This document shows positions 25,710 to 38,924 of a DNA stretch of 64,000 nt, piece by piece. The stretch lies in contig JAXLNO010000050.1 of NCBI GenBank assembly GCA_038087875.1, positions 186,001 through 250,000 on the forward strand, given 5' to 3'. The notes beneath the pieces were generated by a model, which worked only from the letters and a program-made list of their open reading frames with translations, was not told where the DNA came from and did not search any database. Positions within the stretch are counted from its first letter, which is position 1, and each line of letters starts with the position of its first letter. This DNA comes from Malacoraja senta (Eukaryota). Made by a program: the position numbers and the translations under genes.

Positions 25710-27752
25710 TCTGTCAGTGTTACAGTTGAATAAAGGGCACTATGGAGCCATGAGGGAGGAGCTGGCCAAAGTTGACTGGAAAGATACCATAGCAGGGATG
25801 ACAATGGAACAACAATGGCAGGTATTTCTAGGAATAATACAGAAGGTACTGGATCAGTTCATTCCAAAGAGGAAGAAAGATTCCAAGGGGAGTAAGAGGT
25901 GACCGTGGCTGACAAGGGACGTCAGGGACAGTATAAAAATAAAAGAGAAGAAGGTAACAAAGATAGGCGGGAAGCAAGAGGATTGGGTAATGTTTAGAAG
26001 AAGATAACTAAAAAGACAATACGTGGAGAAAAGATGAGGTACGAAGGTAAGCTAGCTAAGAATATAAAGGAGGATAGTAAAAACTTATTTAGGTTTGTGA
26101 AGAGGAAAAATGTAGTTAAGACCAAAGTTGGACCCTTGAAGACTGAAAAGGGTGAATTTATTATGGGGAACAAGGAAATGGCAGATGGGTTGAACAGGTA
26201 CTTTGGATCCGTCTTCACTAAGGAGGACACAAACAATCTTCCTAATGTACTAGTGGCCAAAGGATCTGGGGTGACGGAGGAACTGAAGGAAATTCACATT
26301 AGGCAGGAAATGGTGTTGGGTAGACTGATGGGTCTGAAGGCTGATAAATCCCCAGGGCCTGCGGGTCTGCATCCCAGGGTACTTAAGGAAATGGGTCTAG
26401 AAATCATGGACGCATTGGTGATCATTTTCCAATGTTCCATAGATTTAGGATCAGTTCCTCTGGATTGGAGGGTAGCTAATGTTATTCCACTTTTTAAGGC
26501 GGGAGAGAGAAAACAGGGAATTATAGACCAGTTAGCCTGACATCGGTGGTGGGAAAGATGCTGGTCAATTATGAAAGATGAAATAGCGGCACATTTGGAT
26601 AGCAGTAACAGGATCGGTCCGAGTCAGCTTGGATTTACGAAGGGGAAATCATGCTTGACTAATCTTCTGGAATTTTTTGAGCATGTAACTTGGAAAATGG
26701 ACAATGGACAGTCAGAGGATGTAGTGTACCTGGAATTTCAGAAAGCATTTGATATGGTCCCACATAGGAGATTAGTGGGCAAAATTAGGGCACATGGTAT
26801 TGGGGGTAGAGTGCTGACATGGATAGAAAATTGGTTGGCAGTCAGGAAACAAAGAGTAGGGATTAACGGTGACTAGTGCGGTACCGCAAGGCTTGGTGCT
26901 GGGACCACAGCTATTTCCAATATACATCAATGATTTGGATGAACGAATTCAAAGTAACATTAGCAAATTAGCAGATGACACAAAGCTGGATGGCAGTGTG
27001 AACTGTGAGGATGATGCTATGAGAATGCAAGGTGACTTGGTATCAAAAACAGGAAGGCAGATTACTATCTAAATGGTGTCAAGTTGGGAAAAGGGGAAGT
27101 ACAAAGGGATCTGGGGTTCCTTGTTCATCAGTCTGTGAAAGTAAGCATGCAAGTACAGCAGGCAGTGAAGAAAGCGAATGGCATGTTGGCGTTCATAACA
27201 AGAGGAGTTGAGTATAGGAGCAAAGAGGTCCTTCTGCAGTTGTACAGGGCCCTAGTCAGACAACATCTGGAGTATTGTGTACAGTTTTGGTCCCCTAATT
27301 TGAGGATGGACATTCTTGCTATCGAGGGAGTGCAGCGTAGGTTTACAAGGTTAATTCCCGGGATGGTGGGACTCTCATGTGCTGAGAGAATGGAGCAGCT
27401 GGGCTTGTATACTCTGGAGTTTAGAAGGATGAGAGGGTATCTTATTGAAACATATAAGATTGTTAAGTGTTTCGACACGCTAGAGGCAGGAAACATGTTC
27501 CCGATGTTGGGGGAGTCCAGATCCAGGGGCCACAGTTTAAGAATAAGGGGTAAGCCATTTAGAACGGAGATGAGGAAACACTTTTTCTCACAGTGAGTTG
27601 TGAATCTGTGGAATTCTATGCCTCAGCGGGCGGTGGAGGCCGGTTCTCTGGATACTTTCAAGAGAGAGCTAGATAGGGCTCTTAAAGATAGCGTTGTCAG
27701 GCGATGTGGGGAGGGCAGGAATGGCCTACTCCTGCACCTATTGTCTATTGTG
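25710..27752 (+). mobile_element. 5'-truncated degenerate CR1 LINE
   Basis: Broken ORF2 pieces 25672-27596 with RT motifs; tail tattgtctattg. Confidence 0.9.
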
Positions 27753-28604
27753 TAGGGACAGGTGTTCCATCTCCTGTGGTTGCAGGGGAAATTGTGTCAT
27801 GTGCTTGCTTAAATCCAAGAGTTATGCTCAAGACAGGGTCTTGTGCTGTAAGCCAAGGTTCAGTGAAAATCCCCAAGTAGTTACACTCAAAGTTTCTGTG
27901 TAAGTGACAGATGTTTTTAAGAAGACAAAACTCCCAAGTGTAGCATGCAGCCATTAGTGACTAATACAGGATTAATCCTAGTTCAGAATTGTAGTTTTCC
28001 ACTTAAACCACGTTGAATAATGCAGGCATTTTAAAATCTAGCTGGGTGAGACATTTAGACAAGTAAAATACCTTCTGGTTTTTGGTCAGGTGCCAAGTAG
28101 AAACTGAACTCTTTGCTCGAACTGAAGCAGTAATGTCTGCCTCAAATCTTTTGGAATGCATGAGGTAAACATTCAAACCACATTCAAAATGTGTAGGAAG
28201 GAACTGCAGATGCTGGTTTACACCAGAGATAGACGCAAAGTTCTGGAGTAACTCAGCGGGACAGGCAGCATCTCTGGAGAGAAGGAATGAATGAGTTTTC
28301 GGGTCGAGACACTTTGTGGGTTTGGTGACCCCAGTAGACTGCTCCATTTAGTTTGTGCAAATCGGGCCATTCGGCCCCACTGACCTGTGCCTCCAATCCT
28401 ACTTGCCAAGGTTAATGGTGGCAGGAGGAGTGAATTAATATTTTTCCTTCTTAGGGTTCCTTTTACCAATCTGTTACAAGAACAGCTGTGTCTAGCATTT
28501 ATACAGTATATGCCTGAAGCCAGTATAATCGAACTCCGCAATTGAATCTACAATGTTGTACACGTTCTTCTTCCTAACGTGTCTAATCTGATGTACAACT
28601 ATTT

Positions 28605-28895
28605 GGGCGACATGGTGGCGCAGCGGTGGAGTTGCTGCCTTACAGCGCCAGAGACTCGGGATCAATCCTGACTGGGGATGCTGCCTGTACCTTCTCCCTG
28701 TGACAGCGTGGGTTTTCTCCGGGTGCTCCGGTTTCCTCCCACACTCCACAGACCTGCAGGTTTTCTAGGTTAATTGGCTTTGGAAAATTTGTAAATTGTC
28801 CCTAGTGCGTAGGGTAGTGCTAGTGTACGGGGTGATCGCTGGTCGGTGCGGTCTCGGTGAGCGAAGGGCCTGTTTCCGAGCTATATCCCTAAAGT
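28605..28895 (+). mobile_element. HE1/V-SINE-type SINE
   Basis: A and B boxes, core, tail. Confidence 0.8.
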
Positions 28896-29264
28896 TTAAA
28901 TCAGCTTGTCTTAACTCATCTCATTCCCTTCCCCACTAAACCCTTTGTTAAAGTTAAAGATTGATAACCTGAGGTATAGAACATTGAACAGCACAACACA
29001 GGAACAGGCCCTTCGGCCCACAATGCCTGTGCTAAACGTGACACCACTGCCAACTCTTATCTGTCTGCACATTATCATTATGCCTCCATTCCCTGCCTAT
29101 CCAAAAACCTGTTAAATGCCACTGTTGTATCTACCTCCACCACCCCTGGCAACACACTCAAGGTGCACTCTAACCTCTTATAACTTGCTCAACACATCTT
29201 TAAACTTTGCTCCACTCTCGTTAAAGCTATGCCCCCTAGTATTCTATCTCTGTCCTGGGGAAAA

Positions 29265-29995
29265 GGGGAGCACGGTGACGCAGCAGTAGAGTTCCTGGCT
29301 TACACTGCTTGCAGTGCCAGAGATCAGGTTCGATCCTGACTACAGGTGCTGTCAGTACAGATTTGTATGTTTTCCCCTTGACCCGCGTAGGGTTTTTTCC
29401 GAGATCTTCAGATTCATCCCACAATCCAAAGACGTGCAGGTTTGCAGGTTAATTTGGTATAAATGTAAATTGTCCCTAGTGTGTGCGGGGTAGTTTAATG
29501 CACGGGTATCGCTGGTTGACATGGACTCGGTGGGTTGAAGGGCCTGATTCTGTGCTCTAAACTAAACTAAATAGGTTCTGACTGTCTGGTTAAGATATGA
29601 GCACATGGGCTCACTGGTCTGAGGGCTATAGAAAGAATCTTGCACTTTGCTGACTTTCACAAGCAATGTTAAACTGAGACCAACGAGGTAAAGGCATAAG
29701 TTTGTTTTAGAGAGATGGCGTGAAAACAGGCCCTTCCGCCCACCGAGTCCACGCCAACGAACGATCACCCGTACACTAGTCCTATATTCCTCACACCAGG
29801 GGCAATTTACAGACGTCAATTAACCTACAAACCGGCACATCTCTAGAATGTGGGAGGAAACCAGAGCACCCGAAGGAATCCCACGCGGGTCACAGGGAGA
29901 ACGTACAAACTACAAGCACGCGTAGTCAGGATCGAACCCGGGTCTCTGGCACTGTAAGGAAGCAACTCTTAGTCTATCGCTGCGCCACCATGCCG
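29265..29995. mobile_element. Tail-to-tail pair of HE1-type SINEs (29265-29571 +, 29700-29995 -)
   Basis: Both match the SINE consensus in opposite orientations. Confidence 0.8.
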
Positions 29996-30565
29996 ATCAA
30001 TTCACTTGATGCTAAGGAAGTTGTATGTTAGCCCTCTGCAAACTTTAAAACCCAATGAGATGTTCCTTCTCCATTTGGCACATCAAGTCCTCTCCGTCAT
30101 TCAATCATATCTGGATTGGCATGGCTTAGAACATCAGAACAACCCTCTGCCACTGTCACTGATTTCTCAGGGACCACAAAGGGAAAATGCACTCCAGTAA
30201 TCCCTCTGTGTGCTTTATATCAGTCTGTTAAGGTGTTCGGATTTGTCAAATATTGAATTGCATTCCAACAGTGGAGTCTTTAGGTTTATAGAGTTAAGTG
30301 TGAAACTGATAAAGCAGAAGTATTTTTGTGCCAGGAACAAACTACACACACTTTGACTATAGACAACTCTCATTTGGTAAATGTCAAAAATATTCTGCTG
30401 CTTTTTAAGTATTTCTCCCCAACAAGGTAGTGTGGCTCAGCATTAGAGTTGCTGCCTCACAGCGCCGGAGACCCGGGTGCTGTCTGTACAGAGTTTATAC
30501 GTTCTCCCCGTGACCCGCGTGGGTTTTCTACGGGTGCTCCGGTTTCCTCCCACACACCAAAGAAG

Positions 30566-31031
30566 TTTTAAGACTCAAAGTTTGGATAAGATGACACAGA
30601 CACGGAGAATTCTTCAAGAAGACGAAAAGCGTTTATTTGCAAACAAATTTTGGCTTGGAACATTCAGAGACAACACGGCCTGGTTGCTCTCTAATTGCTC
30701 TCTGATCTACAGAAACAAACAGCATTATATTGCACTCTTTCAGCCTTATCTTAGGCTACTTGGTATGTATGCTTCTATAACTCTAATCTTTCACTATGTC
30801 CTTGCTCTTTAACTTTAATCTTTGAGCCTACCATGATGTCCTTGCTAAAGCAAAATAGAAAATAAGACGTAGCTTGTTTTTGTGCCATGACGTTTGTTCA
30901 CATAAAAATAGCTGACAGTCTGAGTACAATAAGCTGATGTCTGATTACATAAAATAGCTGACATCACTGCTGGCTATGATGAATGTTTTAATTAATTGTT
31001 CTTCTATATAATTTCTTATATAACCTCTATA
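30566..31031 (-). mobile_element. Possible solo LTR-like insertion splitting a SINE (30430-31140)
   Basis: SINE breaks after ccaaaga and resumes at tttgtagg. The insert has an antisense AATAAA near 30632, a TATA-like motif and internal direct repeats, but termini only loosely resemble TG..CA. Confidence 0.35.
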
Positions 31032-31597
31032 TTTGTAGGTTAATTGGCTTTGGTAAAAAGTCCCCAGTGTGTAGGATAGTGCGGGTGTACAGGTGAATAC
31101 TGGTCGGCGTGGACTTGGTGGGCCACACTGTATCTCAAAACGAAAACACTTGAGATTTAATATTGTTTGCCTTTTATTTCTTGACAGATCTAAGTAGATT
31201 AAGCCAACCCCTTGTCCCCTGTGTTGAAGGGTTGTAATTGCCTTAGATTCTCCCCCACCTGCCCTTCACTTCTGGAGTAATAGAATCAAACTCATAACTT
31301 TTGGAAACATCTTCCTTTAGTTTAGTTTCTACAAGTGGGGTTTAATTCGATGCAGATTTGAATTTCTCCTGTGAAGCATTATCTTGTCCATCACTCGGGT
31401 TTCATCAACGTATTTCATTTCTTGAAATGTCAACAGTTTCATGTTGACAGCAAAGTTGGAGCTTATGTGCATTGGCAATGTAGCTCTTTCATATAAGCAA
31501 GACACCAGCCAGACCATGAAGGAACAGAGAGCTGGAGTAACTCAGCGAGACCCTTCTTCAGGACCAGACATCAACGAGTGCTGGACTCACCATGACG

Positions 31598-32092
31598 TAG
31601 AAACATAGAAAATAGGTGCCAACACTGCCTTTCAATATGATCTCGGCTGATCATCCCCAATCAATACCCCATTCCTGCAATCTCCCCATGTCCCTTGATT
31701 CTGTTAGCCCTAAGAGCCACATCCAACTCTCTCTTGAAAACATCCAGTAAATTGGCCTCCACTGCCTTCTGTGGCAGAGAATTCCACAGATTTTCTGCGT
31801 GAAAACGTTTTCCCTCTTCTGAGTCCTAAATGGTCTAACCCGTTATTCTTAAACTGTGACACCTGGTTCTGGACTCCCCCAACATCGGCAACATTGATCC
31901 TGCATCTAGCCTTCACTCTTTTAAGAATTTTATACGTTTCTATAAGATCCCCTCTTATCCTTCTCGATTCCAGCAAATACAACCCCAGTCGACCCATTCT
32001 TTCATCATATGTCGGTCCCGCCATCCCGGGAATTAACCTGGTTAACCTACGCTGCACTCCCTCAATAGCAAGAATGTCGTTCCTCAAATTAG
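31598..32092 (-). mobile_element. CR1 3' fragment
   Basis: ORF 31710-32087 DILAIEGVQRR.TRLIPGM; tagaaacatagaaaa tail. Confidence 0.85.
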
Positions 32093-32305
32093 GAAAGGTA
32101 CAGAAGTGTGAAAACGCACATTTCCAGATTCAGGGACAGTTTCTTTCCAGCTGTTATCAGGCAACTGAATCATCCTACCACAACCAGATAGCAGTGCTGA
32201 ACTTCTATCTACCTCATTAGTGACCCTCGGACTATCCTTGATCGGACTTTCCTGGCTTTATCTTGCACTAAACGTTATTCCCTTACCAAGTATCTATACA
32301 CTGTA

Positions 32306-32506
32306 GGTACACAAAAATGCTGGAGAAACTCAGCGGGTGGTGCAGCATCTATGGAGCGAAGGAAATAGGCAACGTTTCGGGCCGAAACCCTTCTTCAGAC
32401 CCTTCGATTGCTTCCTTCGCTCCATAGATGCTGCTGCACCCGCTGAGTTTCTCCAGCATTTTTGTGTACCTTCGATTTTCCAGCATCTGCAGTTCCTTCT
32501 TTAACA
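32306..32506. mobile_element. Palindromic Penelope-derived insertion with TSD, inside a Rex-like 3' end
   Basis: Inverted arms ggtacacaaaaatgctggagaaactcagcgggtg / cacccgctgagtttctccagcatttttgtgtacc; 12-bp TSD ctatacactgta at 32294-32305 and 32507-32518. Confidence 0.8.
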
Positions 32507-33364
32507 CTATACACTGTAAATGGCTCAATTGTAATCATGCATTGTCTTTCTGCTGACTGTTTTTAACACGTGAGAAAAAGCATTTCTCTGTACACGTGAG
32601 AATAAACTCAACTGAACTGAGTTCCTTGTATCTAATATTTGAGTCCAGTTGGTTATAACCACTGTGACCTGTGGTCATATGGGGAAGTGGTTTATTCCCT
32701 TCAGGGCCGGCCTTCCATTCGTAAGATCGCAAGTTTGTAAACCATCATAATCAGAGGTGACCTCATAATGTGCCTGGCCGGTGACCTCACAGTGAACTGC
32801 ATCCGTAACCATGAGAGACGGGCTCCTTCATCTGTCAACTTGAAGTGGGTTCACCAAACCCATTCTGCCAGACATTGAAACAGCTGGTAGCTACTAGAGA
32901 TCGAAACTCTAACCTTCACTGTGTGGATTAATAACCAAAGAAAGGAGTATCGAGAATGCCGGTGAAAAAGGAGAGCGTCAAGCAGACTTACAAGAGGAGA
33001 TCTAAGGTAGATCTGAATCAACCTTAGTTAGACCAATAGACCAAGATAAAAGGTGGAGTGACTCAGCGAGTCTTATTCTTAAACTGGGACCCCTGGTTCT
33101 GGACTCCCCCTACATTGGGAACATAGGGACGTAGGGCTATTCTGCCACCTCTGAGCTTTTCTTTATGGGAGAGAATCCTATCCATCCAGTGACAATCCTA
33201 TCTCCAGTCTCCAACATTCCCCCACCTATCCCCTCCCCCCGCCCCTACCCAGCCTTCTACCCTCTCTGGACCTTATATCCACTGTTGGTGCAACAACTGT
33301 CTTGGCTTTTCTACTCCACTGGCCCACTCCAACCGGAAGGGTCCCAATGTGAAACGACAAATGT

Positions 33365-33720
33365 CAGGGAGCATCTCTGGAGAACATGGATAGGTGACGT
33401 TTCACAGAGTGCTGGAGTAACTCAGCGGGTCAGGCAGCATCTCTGGAGAACATGGATAGATGACATTTCACAGAGTGCTGGACTTACTCAGCGGGTCAGG
33501 CAGCATACATGGAGAACATGGATAGGTGACATTTCACAGGACAGTGAAGCTAGTTGGAGAACTAGGGTGGGGGAGGGATGGAGAGAGAGGGAAGGTAAGG
33601 ATTATTTGAAGTTGGAGAAATCAATATTCATATCGCTGAGTTGTAATCTGCCTGTCCCGCTGAGTTTCTCCAGCATTTTGTGTCTATCTTCAGTGTAAAC
33701 CAGCATCTGCAGTTCCTGCA
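33365..33720 (-). repeat. 66-bp tandem repeat (about 3 copies) of Penelope-derived terminal sequence plus antisense GIY-YIG 3' remnant
   Basis: Unit agcatctctggagaacatggataggtgacgtttcacagagtgctggagtaactcagcgggtcaggc. 33600-33650 reads antisense as ..MNIDFSNFK*. Confidence 0.75.
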
Positions 33721-33734
33721 CATTAGGTCATATT

Positions 33735-34755
33735 CCTAATACACCCTCAAAAAATTCCATAAGATTAGTCAAGCATGATTTCCTCTTCAAAAATCCATGC
33801 TGACTCGGACCGATCCTGTTACTGCTATCCAAATGCCGCTATTACATCTTTTATAATTGACTCCAGCGTCTTCCCCACCACCAAGGTCAGGCTAACTGGT
33901 CTATAATTCCCTGATTTCTCTTTCCCGCCTTTCTTAAAAAATGGGATAACATTAGCTACCCTCCAATCCACAGGAACTGATCCTGAATCTATAGAACATT
34001 GGAAAATGATCACCAATGCGTCCATGATTTCTAGAGCCACTTCCTTCAGTACCCAGGGATGCAGACCATCACGCCCTGCGGATTTATCAGCCTTCAGTCC
34101 CATCAGTCCACCCAACATCATTTCCTGGCTAATGTAGATTTCCTTCAGTTCCTCCGTCACCTCAGATCCTCTGGCCACTAGTACATCAGGAAGATTGTTT
34201 GTCCTCTTCCTGGACAACAAGTTTTGGTCCCCTAATTTGAGGAAGGAAATTCTTGCTATTGAGGGAGTGCAGCGTAGGTTAACAAGGTTAATTCTCAGGA
34301 TGGCGAGATTGTCATATGCTGAGAGAATGGTGTGGCTGGACTTGTATACTCTGGATTTTAGAAGGATGAGAGGATATCTTATTGAAACATAAAAGATTAT
34401 TAAGGGTTTGGACACGCTGGAGGCAGGAAACATGTTCCCGTGTTGGGGGAGTCCAGAACCAGGGGCCGCTGTTTAAGAATAAGAGGTAAGCCATTTAGAA
34501 CAGAGATGATCAAACACTTCTTCACACAGAGAGTGGTGAGTCTGTTGAATTCTCTGCCTCAGAGCACGATGGAGGCCGGTTCTCTGGATACTTTCAAGAG
34601 AGAGCTAGATAGGGCTCTTAAAGATAGCAGAGCCAGGGGATATGGGAAGAAGGCAGGAACGGGGTACTGATTGGAGCTGATCAGCCATGATCACATTGAA
34701 TGGTGGTGCTGGCTCGAAGGGCCAAATGGCCTTCTCCTGCACCTATTGTCTATTG
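33735..34755. mobile_element. CR1 fragment with inverted 5' part (33735-34210 -) and forward 3' part (34211-34755 +)
   Basis: Strand switch at about 34210; shares diagnostic lesions with the 45368-46910 copy. Confidence 0.85.
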
Positions 34756-35717
34756 TCTCATCCCTGGATTGTGACTGGGTTCTCTTCCCGGGAGCTCTTT
34801 GTAACCCGAACCGTTTGCAAATGGGAAATTCAAGTACGGACCAATTTCCCAATTGGTAGAAGATACCTCGAGTCCCATAGCAACCGCCAAATCCATCCGC
34901 TGGTCTCCCAAATATTGGATGGACAGGCCGTGCAGTGGAGAGGATCTGCATCTAAATGTAGAGCAGGTAAAATGTATAGGAAGGAACTGCAGATGCTGAT
35001 TTACACCAAAGACACAAAATGCTGGAGTAACTTCGCGGTACAGGCGGCATCTCTGAATAGAAGGAATGGGTGACGTTTCGGATCTATCTTCAGTGTAAAC
35101 CAGCATCTGCAGTTCTTACATCACCCTCTCTATCTCTCGTTTGCCTCACCCCTGACTTTCAGTCTGAAGAAGGGCCTTGACCCGTAACGTCGCCTACTCC
35201 AGCATTTTGTGACTATCTTAAATGTAGAGCAAGATGGCCTGGAAGAGAGACCAGAATAAGATGCAATGTCAAATTCCCATCTACAGGAGATCAGTTCTTC
35301 TCATTATGGTGGTTTAGTTTGTGCCCAGTCTGTATTGAAGAACCAACGGGGAGCCGTTGGTGAGAGGACGAGTTATCTGGGCTGTGAGTATAAAATCCAG
35401 CGCGGGGCTTGCTTTTACAGAGGCCCCGGGAGCCGTTGGTGAGAGGAGGAGGAACCCAAATCTGCAGCGTTCCATCTCACTTCCAGAGAAGGAGTCTGGT
35501 GGAAGCATCTGATTGGTGGAAGAGGACCAGAGGAAGCAGCTGATTGGGAGCAACCCCGGGTTTACATTTTTACATTTTTACATTTCTGCTTTCAGGTTAA
35601 GGGTTCTGGGAGTTAAGGATTCTGGGAGTTAAGGGTACAGTATTTATTAGTAAAGGTACAGTTTAAAGGATAACGTTTTTTAAAATATTTAATATAGAGT
35701 TAATTTGGGAGTAAGCT

Positions 35718-36640
35718 ATGTCAGTGGAGATTGGCCCGGTGGTTTGCTCAGCCTGCAACATGTGGGAGATCAGGGATATGGTCGGTGTCCCTGGTGACTA
35801 CGTTTGCAGGAAGTGTGTCCAGCTGCAGCTCCTGGCAGACCGGCTGGATTCATACTGGAGCATCCACGATGCTGAGGAAGTCGTGAATAGCACGTACAGC
35901 GAGTTGGTCACACCGCAGGTAAAAGGTAAGAGGACAGAAAGGGAACGGGTGGCCAATAGCCAGCAAAGCAGTAGGCAGGTAGTGCAGGAGTCCACTGCGG
36001 TCATTTCCCTCCTAAACAGGTATACCATTTTGGATACTGTTGGGGGAGATGGCTCATCAGGGGAAGGCAGCAGCAGCCAAGTTCATGGTACCATGGGTGG
36101 CTCTGCGGCACAGGAGGGGGGGAAAAGAGTGGAAGCGCAATAGTAATAGGGGATTCAATTGTAAGGGGAATAGATAGGCGTTTCTGCGGCCGCAAACGAG
36201 ACTCCAGGATGGTATGTTGCCTCCCTGGTGCAAGGGTCAGGGATGTCACTGAACGGCTGCAGAACATTCTGGAGTGGGAGGGTGAACAGCCAGTTGTCGT
36301 GGTGCATATTGGCACCAACGATATAGGTAAAATAAGGGATGAGATCCTACAAGGTGAATTTAGGGAGCTAGGAGATAAACTTAAAAGTAGGACCTCAAAG
36401 GTAATAATCTCTGGATTACTACCAGTACCACGGGCCAGTCAGAGTAGAAATAGGAGGATATTGCAGATGAATACGTGGCTTGAAAAATGGTGCGTAGGAG
36501 GGATTCAAATTTCTAGGGCATTGGAACCAGTTCTGGGGGAGGTGGGACCAGTACAAACAGGACGGTCTGCACCTGGGCTAGAATGGAACTAATGCCGTTG
36601 GGGGAGTGTTTGCTAGTGCTGTCGGGGAGGATTTAAACTA
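35718..36640 (+). pseudogene. CR1 ORF1: N-terminal zinc finger plus SGNH esterase domain (frameshifted)
   Basis: CSACNMWE...YVCRKC, then AIVIGDSIVRG...CLPGA...VHIGTNDIG...DGLH, the SGNH hydrolase blocks typical of CR1 ORF1. Confidence 0.85.
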
Positions 36641-36642
36641 AT

Positions 36643-38924
36643 GTGGCAGAGGGATGGGTGCAAGAGCAGAGAGGCAGGGGGTGTAAAATGAGGGTAGAAG
36701 CAATAGGTAGCAAGGTGAAAAGTAAAAGTGGCAGGCAGACAAAACCAGGGCAAAAATCAAAAAGGGCCACTTTTCAACATAATTGTATAAGGGTTAAGAG
36801 TGTTGTAAAGACAAGCCTGAAGGCTTTGTATCTTAATGCAAGGAGCATTCGTAATAAGGTGGATGAGTTGAATGTGCAGATAGTTATTAATGAATATGAT
36901 ATAGTTGGGATCACGGAGACATGGCTCCAGGGTGACCAAGGCTGGGAGCTGAACATTCAGGGATATTCAATATTCAGGAGGGATAGACAGAAAGGAAAAG
37001 GAGGCGGGGTAGCGTTGCTGGTTAGAGAGGAGATTAACGCAATAGAAAGGAAGGACATTAGCTTGGAGGATGTGGAATCGATATGGGTAGAGCTGCGAAA
37101 CACTAAGGGGCAGAAAACGCTAGTGGGAGTGGTGTACCGGCCACCTAACAGTAGTAGTGGAGTTGGGGATGGCATCAAACAGGAAATTAGAAACGCATGC
37201 AACAAAGGTAAAACCATTATAATGGGTGACTTCAATCTACATATAGATTGGGTGAATCAAATTGGCAGGGGTGCTGAGGAAGAGGATTTCTTGGAATGTA
37301 TGCGGGATAGTTTTCTAAACCAACATGTAGAAGAACCAACGAGAGAGCAGGCTATTCTAGACTGGGTATTGAGTAATAAGGAAGGGTTAGTTAGCAGTCT
37401 TGTTGTGCGTGGGCCCTTGGGCAACAGTGACCATAATATGGTTGAGTTCTTCATTAGGATGGCGAGTGACATTGTTAATTCAGAAACAAAGGTCCTGAAC
37501 TTAAAGAAAGGTGATTTTGAGGGTATGAGACGTAAATTGGCCAAGATAGACTGGCCAATGATTCTAAAGGGTTGATGGTGGATATGCAATGGAAGGCATT
37601 TAAAAACTGCATGGATGAACTACAACAAGTGTTCATCCCAGTTTGGCAAAAGAATAAATCAGGGAAGGTAGTGCATCCGTGGATAACAAGGGAAATCAGG
37701 GATAGTATCAAAACAAAAGAGGAAGCCTACAAATTAGCCAGAACAAGCAGCCTACCAGAGGACTGGGAGAAATTCAGAGTCCAGCAGAGGAGGACAAAAG
37801 GCTTAATTAAGAAAGGGAAAATAGATTATGAAAGAAAACTGGCAGGGAACATAAAAACTGACTGCAAAAGTTTGTATAGATATGTCAAGAGGAAAAGATT
37901 AGTTAAAACAAATGTAGGTCCCTTGCAGTCAGAAACAGGCGAATTGATCATGGGGAACAAGGACATGGCAGACCAATTGAATAATTACTTTGGTTCTGTC
38001 TTCACTAAGGAAGACATAAATTATCTGCTGGAAATAGCAAGGGACCGGGGGTTAAATGAGATGGAGGAACTGAGTGAAATCCAGGTTAGCCGGGAAGTGG
38101 TGTTTGGTAAATTGAATGGATTAAAGGCCGATAAATCCCCAGGGCCGGATAAGTTGCATCCCAGAGTACTTAAGGAAGTAGCCGCAGAAATAGTGGATGC
38201 ATTAGTGATAATTTTTCAAAACTCTTTAGATTCTGGAGTAGATCCTGAGGACTGGAGGGTAGCTAATGTAACACCACTTTTTAAAAAGGGAGGGAGAGAG
38301 AAAACGGGGAATTACAGACCAGTTAGTCTAACATCGGTGGTGGGGAAAATTCTGGAGTCAGTTATTAAAGATGGGATAGCAGCACATTTGGAAAGTGGTG
38401 AAATCATTGGACAAAGTCAGCATGGATTTACGAAAGGTAAATCATGTCTGACGAATCTTATAGAATTTTTCGAGGATGTAACTAGTAGCGTGGATAGGGG
38501 AGAACCAGTGGATGTGGTGTATCTGGACTTCCAGAAGGCTTTCGACAAGGTCCCACATAAGAGATTAGTATACAAACTTAAAGCACATGGCATTGGGGGT
38601 TCAGTATTGATGTGGATAGAGAACTGGCTGGCAAACAGGAAGCAAAGAGTAGGAGTAAACGGGTCCTTTTCACAATGGCAGGCAGTGACTAGTGGGGTAC
38701 CGCAAGGCTCAGTGCTGGGACCCCAGCTATTTACAATATATATTAATGACCTGGATGAGGGGATTGAAGGCAACATCTCCAAGTTTGCGGATGACACTAA
38801 GCTGGGGGGCAGTGTTAGCTGTGAGGAGGATGCTAGGAGGCTGCAAGGTGACTTGGATAGGCTGGGTGAGTGGGCAAATGTTTGGTAGATGCAGTATAAT
38901 GTGGATAAATGTGAGGTTATCCAC
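36643..38924 (+). pseudogene. CR1 ORF2 5' part (APE endonuclease plus RT), frameshift near 37570, stop at 38886
   Basis: ORFs 36643-37575 and 37572-38888 with EN and RT motifs. Confidence 0.92.

Noticed and set aside
32930..33010. Purine-rich stretch ending in AAG|gtagat, possible exon
   Set aside because: No clear acceptor and no similarity to RGL-family protein.
36209..36592. SGNH lipase/esterase host gene
   Set aside because: It is CR1 ORF1, directly upstream of CR1 ORF2.
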